Positions 32,456-40,442 of a stretch of DNA of 64,000 nucleotides are shown here, piece after piece. The stretch covers positions 744,001-808,000 of the forward strand of contig OZ025654.1 of NCBI GenBank assembly GCA_964019335.1, read 5' to 3'. Origin of the DNA: Diplonema japonicum. Its lineage: Eukaryota > Protista > Euglenozoa: Diplonemea. Positions within the stretch are counted from its first letter, which is position 1, and each line of letters begins with the position of its first letter. A program made the position numbers and the translations under genes. The notes below the pieces were generated by a model. The model worked only from the letters and a program-made list of their open reading frames with translations, ran no database searches and was not told the origin of the DNA.

Positions 32456-33645
32456 TGTCTCTGGCGTACTTACACCTCTCTGGCACCAACGTGAATATGA
32501 GCCTTGAGTACCACAGCGGGATCACTAAGCACAGGCAGCTTCCTACCACCCCTAGAATGGTTTCCCACACGTGATTTTGTTTGTGAATCATCAGTTTTGT
32601 CGAGCAGAACGCGATGCCTTGATACAGGAATACAAACACAAGCATGCCTGCCGCTGGGTGCAGAAGCACACCCCTGCTCGTTGTGATGCTGCAACTCTTC
32701 GCTTTTGCGTAGACAAGCACAGCCACGTAGTGCAGGACGTTGAAGGTGACCACGATGGCCAGGTTGCCCACCACAGCGCCAGACAGCTCGTTACCTGCGA
32801 GCTTGAGTCTAGTTGGATGCAGTACGGTGCTGAGTTTGAAGTGTGCGTCGGGGAGGCATGCACTGTACAGTACCATACCCATCTGCGTGCCGTAAATAGC
32901 AGACGATGGCGAGGTGAACATGCTGGCAGCACCCATAGCTGTCACAATGAAGACTGCCTTTTCGGTTTTGTCAGATGCAGGGAGGTCGAAGGTGGCGTTG
33001 GGCATGGCCTCAGGCTCTGCTTCAACAGGGGAATCAGAGGCCTCGGTTCCTGTGACAGACACCTCTTTTTCCACTGGAACTGAGTACGACAGAGTGCCTG
33101 TAGCAGTTGGTTCAAGATTAGGAGGCAATGTGATAGTAGAAGTGATAGCAGGCAATGTGATAGTGGTAGGCCACGTGGCGGGAGCCAGGGTGATTGCAAC
33201 AGGAGACGGAGACGGCAACATTGAAAACGGGGATATCGAATATGGCAGCAGTGTTGGTAAAGCTGCAAGTGTAGGAGGCGGGGGGGTGGCTGGGGAAACA
33301 GTGGAATGATTGAGGAAGCAAATGTGGGAAGACAACAGCGTTTGCACTGCACCCTGTGGCCACAGGGTACTGGCACAGCACAGGGAGCTTGGTCTGGCAG
33401 TACTCTGAACAGTGCTTGCCCTTCACGCACAAGGTGCCTACTGTGGCACAGGCTGCATAGATGTCTTCAGGCTGCAATGCAGCCCAGAATGGAGTGGCCA
33501 CCCAAGAGTAGCGGGTCATGGGATTGCTAAAACCGATAACACCCTGGGCATGGCCAGTGCTGGAAAGAAGTGCCAACACAGTGACAAGGTCTGAAAGGGT
33601 GGTGATGTGGATGAATGGCACAGCTGAGCTGGGCTGTTTTCTCAG
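32456..33645 (-). pseudogene. Partial duplicate of the 3200-6130 lectin/TM gene with an internal ~670-bp deletion, fused in frame to the LINE tail
   Basis: 32456-33334 matches 3837-4715 (2 substitutions); 33335-33645 matches ~5384-5683 (13 substitutions, 2 indels). Confidence 0.92.
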
Positions 33646-33681
33646 AAAAAAAAATTTGGGGTCAAAAAACTAGTTTGGTGC

Positions 33682-33940
33682 TGAAGAACAGGCATGAAAA
33701 AGGGTTGAGGGAGGACCAGAATGCTTTTTCTTTCATCCCTCTCTGCTTTTTTTACTTTTCGCTTTTTTCAATGTTTTATTCATACTTTTTTTTTTTTTTA
33801 AAAATAAACCTCTTTTTTTTTAGGCTGGCCAGACCATTCTCTCTTCTTTCTTTTTCCCTCCTCCCAACCAGGGGTGTGTGGGGGTGGGTGGGGGAAAGGG
33901 AAAACAGAAATCAACTAAAGTAATTCTCAATTACTCAGGG
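33682..33940 (+). repeat. Composite repeat: inverted copy of 35781-35894, partial copy of the 37200 arm, inverted copy of 35913-35938
   Basis: Direct alignment, e.g. CTAAAGTAATTCTCAATTACTCAGGG versus CCCTGAGTAATTGAGAATTACTTTAG. Confidence 0.85.
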
Positions 33941-34291
33941 TGTGAAAAAATGTGAGAAGACAAGAAAAAAAAGAAGGAAAAAAAAAAAAAGGTAAACACA
34001 TCATGCATATCAAAAAAAAATCAAGGATTTTTTTCTCTTTTTTTTTTCCCCACTTAAAAAAAAAAAAAAAAAAAAAAAAAGGGAGGTTGAAACCCAACTC
34101 ACAGCCTTCACATGGCACCTCCTGTAAGTAAGCTTTGGCTGAAACTAATGTGAGCATGGTAAACAAAAACAAAAAATACACAAGGGTGAGAGGGTAGGTT
34201 TTAAATGATGAGAAGAGTTAACAGAGGAAGCCAAAGAGAGCAGTAGTGAAAAAGTGAATTGACAAGGGGGGGAAAGAGGGAGGAGAAGCAG

Positions 34292-34609
34292 ATGAGGAAA
34301 AGGGGAAAGAAAAAAAAAAGGAAAGGAGAAGAGGTAAAAAACCCACTTCTATTTTTTGGCAAATACTTGTAGATAAAGGACCCACAATTTTGTGGTATGA
34401 GTACTCACCCCCCCTCCCCAAAAGGTGAGAAAGCACCCATTAAAAACTAGCAAGCTATGATTTGCTTGTGTTCTTCTTTTTTTTGACTCTTTGATTTCTG
34501 TTTTCCCTTTCCCCCACCCACCCCCCTGGCTGGGAGGAGGGAAAAAGAAAAAAGAGAGAATGGTCTGGCCAGCCTAAAAAAAAAGAGGTTTATTTAAAAA
34601 AAAAAAAAC
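34292..34609 (-). repeat. Left arm of a ~318-bp inverted repeat (partner 37200-37516)
   Basis: Reverse complement of 37200-37516, identical apart from homopolymer length. Confidence 0.95.
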
Positions 34610-34680
34610 ACAAGGAGGCTCATGGTTCCTGGGGTTGATCAACATGTGGTGCTGAACATCATCCATGGACAGCTGAGGAC

Positions 34681-34830
34681 ATCCCAAGTCACTGTGGTAT
34701 TGCAGGGAATGAAGTGGCTGACAGGCTGGCAGCAGCGGGTGTGAAGGAACAACAGAGGCAGCCAGTGAGCCTTGGAGCAGCGAAAAACAAGCAAATACAA
34801 CATTTGATGTGGAAAGCAGAAACAACAGCT
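34681..34830 (+). mobile_element. RNase H C-terminal fragment of a non-LTR retrotransposon
   Basis: IPSHCGIAGNEVADRLAAAG matches the W(V/I)P(S/G)HxGIxGNExADxLA motif; absent from the ORF track. Confidence 0.8.
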
Positions 34831-35938
34831 TGGGGTGGTCCACAAGAGGACTGGAGAGGTATTGGCACTGGTACATGCTGTTGAGGGATCGAAGGTGCCA
34901 TGTTCCACAGGACTTCTGCAAGGTGCTGGTGGTCCTCCTGCCTTGTCTGCTCCAGCCACTGCTCCAACTGCTGTGTCCTCTGCTCCATTACGGTGATGGC
35001 TGCCTGCACCTGGCCTTCCAGCCCACCTCCTGCCTGAGCTATGCAGTACACCTCCTCCTGTGTCTGCTGTGTCCCCTCCTTTGCAAGCCGGTGTGCCTGC
35101 TGGGCCTCTGCTCCTGCCTGCTCAACCCTCCTGAGGGTGAGGGAGTGCTCTCCCTCTAGCACCTGCAGCCTTGAGATAGCCTCAGAGAGGCATCCTTCCA
35201 GGCCTGCCTTTGTTGCAGCAGACCCACCCTTCTCATCCACAATCATCTTGGCAATCTCCCTTGCCTCTGCCTGTGCAGCCTCAAACAGGTGCTGCTGCTG
35301 CCTTGCCTTTGCTGCCAGCTCCAAGCTGTGGCCACACACCTCGTCCACCTCTCCTCTGACACCGTTGAGGACAGAGGCCATCCTCTGCTGGTGCTGCCTC
35401 TGCTCCTCCAGGCCAGATGTGAGGTCTTCCACATCTTCCTGGACATTGGTTGTGCGTCCCTGGTCCTTCCTTCCCCTCTTGGGTGTGCCTGTGCGTGTCC
35501 TTATTGCAGGTAGGAGGGGTGTCACCTCCACCACCTGCTCTGCAAAATGGGCAAAGGCATTTACTTCACCTGTTCCTTCCTCAGCCAGATAGGCACCTGC
35601 ATCATTGACACCCACTGTGCCAACTACGTGCTCTTCAGCACCGTCTGGTCCCCTCAAGTGCACCTGCACCCTCTGCCCATTCAACGCTTCGTACTGCAAC
35701 ATTTTCCTGAGCAAACAGGGGATTTCGGACAGATCACTGCCAGAAAAACCACAAAAAAGGATCAATGAATATAAGAGTATAAAAGTATGAATAAAGCATT
35801 GAAAAAAAAAAAGCGAAAAGTAAAAAAAAGCAGAGAGGGATGAAAGAAAAAGCTTTCTGGTCCTCCCTTGACCCTTTCTCACACCTGTTCTTCACACGTC
35901 CCAGGTGGTACTCCCTGAGTAATTGAGAATTACTTTAG
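34830..35938 (-). mobile_element. Repeat-family leader plus coiled-coil ORF (ATG 35702), possibly a retroelement ORF1/gag-like gene, truncated
   Basis: MLQYEALNGQRVQVHLRGPDG..., a long coiled coil and a P/Q tail. Other copies at 37845-38500, 33682-33790 and 40015-40395. Strongly CpG-depleted. Confidence 0.55.
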
Positions 35939-36131
35939 CAATATCAGCCTTGGTAAGGGCACTACTGGGGGGAATTTTTTTTTTTTTTGCAAAAAAATAA
36001 AAAAAAAGTCCATTTTGAGGGTGCCTGACTTTAACAACACAAGGGTATAAACATCTTGGGGCCTTACTCAACAGACAGTTTAAGCTATCTCTTTCTTGAA
36101 GTATTTTTTTCCAAGATATACAAAAAAGAAG

Positions 36132-36759
36132 TTTCCCTACAAAATACCAACCTAGTTTTTAGTAACAGGTTAAAAATAGGTTACCAACTACCTTCACGAA
36201 CTTGTGGTTGAAAGCATGTGAAAAGAGCTTAGAGAAGATGAAGTATTCTATAACTAGGTTATAGAGTCAGTTTACTATGGTTTACCAGAAAGCTTTATGA
36301 ATTTGTGGATAAAACCATGTGGAAAGAGTTGGGGGAATACCAACCTAGTTTTTAGTAACAGGTTAAAAAATAGGAAGTAGTTGTCTTGTCAAAATCATGG
36401 TTGAAAGCATGTGAAAAGAGCTAAGAGAAGATGAAGTATTCTATAACTAGGTAAAAGAGTCAGTTTACTATGGGTTACCAGCTAGCTTCACAAACTTGTG
36501 GTTGAAAGCATGTGGAAAGAGTTGGGGGATGATTTTCCTATGGAATACCAACCTAGTTTTTAGTAACAGGTTAAAAATAGGTTACCAACTACCTTCTTGA
36601 ACTTGTGGTTGAAAGCATGTGAAAAGAGCTTAGAGAAGATGAAGTATTCTATAACTAGGTTATAGAGTCAGTTTACTATGGGTTACCAGATAGCTTCATG
36701 AACTTGTGGATAAAACCATGTAGAAAGAGTCTGAGGATGATTTTCCCTATGGAATACCA
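36132..36759. repeat. AT-rich tandem satellite, about 3 copies of a ~208-bp unit built from two ~100-bp related halves
   Basis: AATACCA recurs at about 36143, 36336, 36544 and 36753; a GGTTACCA...TTGTGG.TGAAAGCATGTG core recurs about every 100 bp. Confidence 0.92.
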
Positions 36760-36776
36760 TCTTTTAATATCTCTCC

Positions 36777-37199
36777 ATGATGGCAGCTGAGCTAGCAGAT
36801 GGGAGGGACTCCTACGATGCCATGCCAGAAGGAGCCAACCTGGACACGAACATGTGGTGGAGGTCACTCTTGGGCAACCCAGTGGTGGCATACCAACTGA
36901 GGAGGCTGATTGCAGGAGTGGTGTTTACAGTCTACCCAGGAGTGTGGGGCATGGCACAGGAACCAAACAACCCACTGCAGCACCTCTGCAACGTGTGTGA
37001 GGAATGGTTTGGCAGCTACACGGAGGTGCTGGAACACGCCCTCTGGTGATGCAAGCCAGGTGTCACAGTGTGGAGCAAGATGGAGTATGCAAACCTGGAC
37101 CTGGCAGCTATGCCAAAGGTGACGAGGCTCCATGGGGTGGTGCCCAGAGGCTGCCAAGACAAGCCAAGGGCCTTACTGGTGCAGAAGTACCTGCTGGAG
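36777..37199 (+). pseudogene. Degenerate coding fragment, probably transposon-derived
   Basis: GC-rich, CpG-poor, protein-like frame (..NLDTNMWWRSLLGNP..LCNVCEEWF..) with a stop, wedged between the satellite and the inverted arm. Confidence 0.35.
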
Positions 37200-37516
37200 G
37201 TTTTTTTTTTTTAAATAAACCTCTTTTTTTTTAGGCTGGCCAGACCATTCTCTCTTTTTTCTTTTTCCCTCCTCCCAGCCAGGGGGGTGGGTGGGGGAAA
37301 GGGAAAACAGAAATCAAAGAGTCAAAAAAAAGAAGAACACAAGCAAATCATAGCTTGCTAGTTTTTAATGGGTGCTTTCTCACCTTTTGGGGAGGGGGGG
37401 TGAGTACTCATACCACAAAATTGTGGGTCCTTTATCTACAAGTATTTGCCAAAAAATAGAAGTGGGTTTTTTACCTCTTCTCCTTTCCTTTTTTTTTTCT
37501 TTCCCCTTTTCCTCAT
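37200..37516 (+). repeat. Right arm of the ~318-bp inverted repeat
   Basis: Reverse complement of 34292-34609. Confidence 0.95.
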
Positions 37517-37895
37517 AAAACACTGATAAACGCAAATGATAGAGGGAGGTAGGTGGGAGGGACACTTGTGAGGGGTTCCAATTAAAGGAGTGAGCAACAC
37601 CTGGTCTGCCTTGGCAGTGCCTAAGTGTTGATGTTGGGTGGTACTCAAGCTTGGATCTGCAGTGTAGGGTTATTCCATGCTTTGGGATTGGCTTGGAGGG
37701 CTTGTTCCCTACCCCCATGTCACTCTTGCATGTTTCTTTTCCCTTTCGTTTTTTTTTTTTTTTTTTTTTAAAGAAATGTCGATGATTAATTATGATGGGG
37801 GGTAGGTAGATTAGATGAGAAAAAAAATAAGAAACCCCCCCCCCTCATGGAGAAAGTGCACCTTGCTGGTGCTGCTGAGGAAACTTGTAGGTGTG

Positions 37896-38500
37896 TTGGG
37901 GTGGTCCACAAGAGGACTGGAGAGGTATTGGCACTGGTACATGCTGTTGAGGGATCGAAGGTGCCATGTTCCACAGGACTTCTGCAAGGTGCTGGTGGTC
38001 CTCCTGCCTTGTCTGCTCCAGCCACTGCTCCAACTGCTGTGTCCTCTGCTCCATTACGGTGATGGCTGCCTGCACCTGGCCTTCCAGCCCACCTCCTGCC
38101 TGAGCTATGCAGTACACCTCCTCCTGTGTCTGCTGTGTCCCCTCCTTTGCAAGCCGGTGTGCCTGCTGGGCCTCTGCTCCTGCCTGCTCAACCCTCCTGA
38201 GGGTGAGGGAGTGCTCTCCCTCTAGCACCTGCAGCCTTGAGATAGCCTCAGAGAGGCATCCTTCCAGGCCTGCCTTTGTTGCAGCAGACCCACCCTTCTC
38301 ATCCACAATCATCTTGGCAATCTCCCTTGCCTCTGCCTGTGCAGCCTCAAACAGGTGCTGCTGCTGCCTTGCCTTTGCTGCCAGCTCCAAGCTGTGGCCA
38401 CACACCTCGTCCACCTCTCCTCTGACACCGTTGAGGACAGAGGCCATCCTCTGCTGGTGCTGCCTCTGCTCCTCCAGGCCAGATGTGAGGTCTTCCACAT
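37896..38500 (-). repeat. 605-bp direct repeat of 34830-35434 (second copy of the coiled-coil ORF)
   Basis: Constant offset of 3066 bp; apparently identical. Confidence 0.95.
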
Positions 38501-38907
38501 TCCTTTGCTTTGAACTACTTTGCTTGGGATAATCCTGTGGTGAGCTGTGGCAGACAGGAGGCCTTCTCACTTCACTCTGTGTACTGCTTGCTTTTCAATA
38601 CGTTCTTTACCGGTTCACACTGCCCACAGTGCATGCTCCGTTATGCTGGTCATCGTCTGGGATCGGTGGTTGCAAACGTCACACTAGTGCTGGTTTCCAC
38701 ACCAGGCCATCCGTTTCCCGTGTGACCACGAAGCACACCAGGCGGTGGACGCCCGTGTGCAAGCCGGTCACAACGTGCATGGTGATGATGGACACAGCAG
38801 CGTGCAAGAGCGATGTGAACTGTGCCTGGGACTGCAGGTACCCTTAAATGACACACCACAGGTACCCTTAAATGTCTCTTTTCTTTTTCTTTTTTTCTTT
38901 TTTTTTA

Positions 38908-39770
38908 TTTAACTCCACCAGAATTTTCATGGGTGGGAGTGAAAATAAGAATTCACTTTATTTCACTCCTGACTTTATTTTCACACTCCGGCTTCTAAAA
39001 GAAATTAGGCCCAGGAGTGAAAAAATTCTGATAGCGTTAAAATAGAAATATTATTTCACTCCTGGGCCTAATTTAAGCAAAACCCTCCAAAAATTCCTAC
39101 CAAGGTTCCTTTGGGATGGGCAAGAACCCGACTGCACAAGAGGACGCAGCAGGGTTCACCCCCTTCCAAGAGTCATACGAAAAGGAGTGGGCACACTTTT
39201 GTGTGTTTCATAATTATAGGAAGGAAAAGAAGGGCCCGTCCGAAAGAGGAGGATTCTATTCTCTATTTCAGCGACATGAACAAGCAAGGCCTGCTGCCAG
39301 TTCAGTCTGGGCGGCTTATTCAAGGCTAAACTCGGTTGTGAAGAGGAATTACAACAAGCAGTTGCAAGACCACCTCCGACTAAAGGTCCCCCTCAAGAGG
39401 TTCCAAGAAGGCGAGTCAACAAAAAAGGCGAACATCTTACCCAAGAGCAAATGACAGAATTCTTTAGCGAGGTATGGCATCGTCTGCCACGCTTATGCAG
39501 CGTTGATGTTTGCAGGAAACATGTGCACTACCGAGGCACATATCCGACACCTGTTGTAATTGGTACCACCTGTACCTCCCACCCACTCAAATTTTGCTGT
39601 CATTAAATAAAATATTGTATTTGTGAATAACAGATTGATGATTTCACTTGTGGTGGCAGTTTTGACTCGTTAAACGTTATAACACTCGCTTCGCTCGTGA
39701 TATAACCGTCAAAACCACTGCCACCACACATGAAATCATAGGATCTTATATTCACTAAATAAATAGTTAT
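38908..39770 (+). mobile_element. Degenerate Crypton-like tyrosine-recombinase element with hairpin ends
   Basis: Frameshifted pieces SYEKEWAHF / PKEEDSILYFSDM / ASSVWAAYSRLNSV..LKRFQEGESTKKANI / TQEQMTEFFS / AYAALMFAGNM. A 21-bp perfect inverted repeat at 39002-39022/39054-39074 and a long hairpin at 39619-39760 centred on ACTCGCTTCGCTCGT. Confidence 0.55.
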
Positions 39771-39798
39771 TCTTTTCTTTTTCCTTTTGGTTGGGAAT

Positions 39799-39915
39799 GG
39801 TACTCTCCGACCTACTAGGATGCTAGTAGGAGCCCTTGAAGGGTGCCTCTTGCCTGATGAGGACAGCACCTAGAGGAGTTGCAAGAGTGAGTCCGAAACT
39901 GAGAGATACCTAGTA
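39799..39915 (+). ncRNA. Hammerhead-ribozyme-like motif, probably degenerate
   Basis: CTGATGA-GGAC-(26 nt)-GTCC-GAAAC core; candidate stem III GGTACTCTC/GAGAG(A)TACC. Stem I and the cleavage triplet are not cleanly formed. Confidence 0.35.
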
Positions 39916-40014
39916 CTGCCACGAAAGTTCGGTCCAGGAGGGCCTTATTCCCTGTGCAGCTCTCACGCAGAGCAAAAATGATGTCCCTTCACTGCATGCC
40001 AATTTGAGTTTTTT

Positions 40015-40395
40015 TCATTCCTCTCTGCTTTTACTTTTGATTTCTTCAATGTTTTTATTCATACTTTTATAGTCTTTTATTCATTGATCCTTTTTTGTGG
40101 TTTTTCTGGCAGTGTTACTTACCATACAGTGATCTGTCCGAAATCCCCTGTTCGTGAGCCCACCCCTGCCTGGGCCATGTGGTACTCCTCCTGCGTCCAC
40201 TGTGTCCCCTCCTTTACAAGCTTGCTGTGCCTCTGCCCCTGCTTTCTCAACCCTCCTGAGGGTGAGCGAGTGTTCCCCTCCAGCACCTGCAACCGTGATA
40301 TAGCCTCTGAAAGGCACCCTCCAGGCCTGCATTTGTCGCAGCTGATCCGCCCTTCTTCTTCCTCAGCCAGAAAAGTTCCTGCATCATTGACACAA
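40015..40395. repeat. Diverged, rearranged third copy of the leader/coiled-coil element
   Basis: 40015-40152 matches the leader in + orientation, with a 17-bp insert bounded by CAGTG; 40155-40395 matches ORF pieces in - orientation. Confidence 0.8.
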
Positions 40396-40442
40396 CACCA
40401 ATGCCAATTTTAAAAACACACACGTTTACAAACAGGAGAAAC

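Noticed and set aside
35960-35975. CACTAC as a CACTA-transposon end
   Set aside because: No matching opposite TIR or TSD found.
36132-36759. CRISPR array
   Set aside because: The sequences between repeats are themselves repeated, the context is eukaryotic, and there are no cas genes; this is a satellite.
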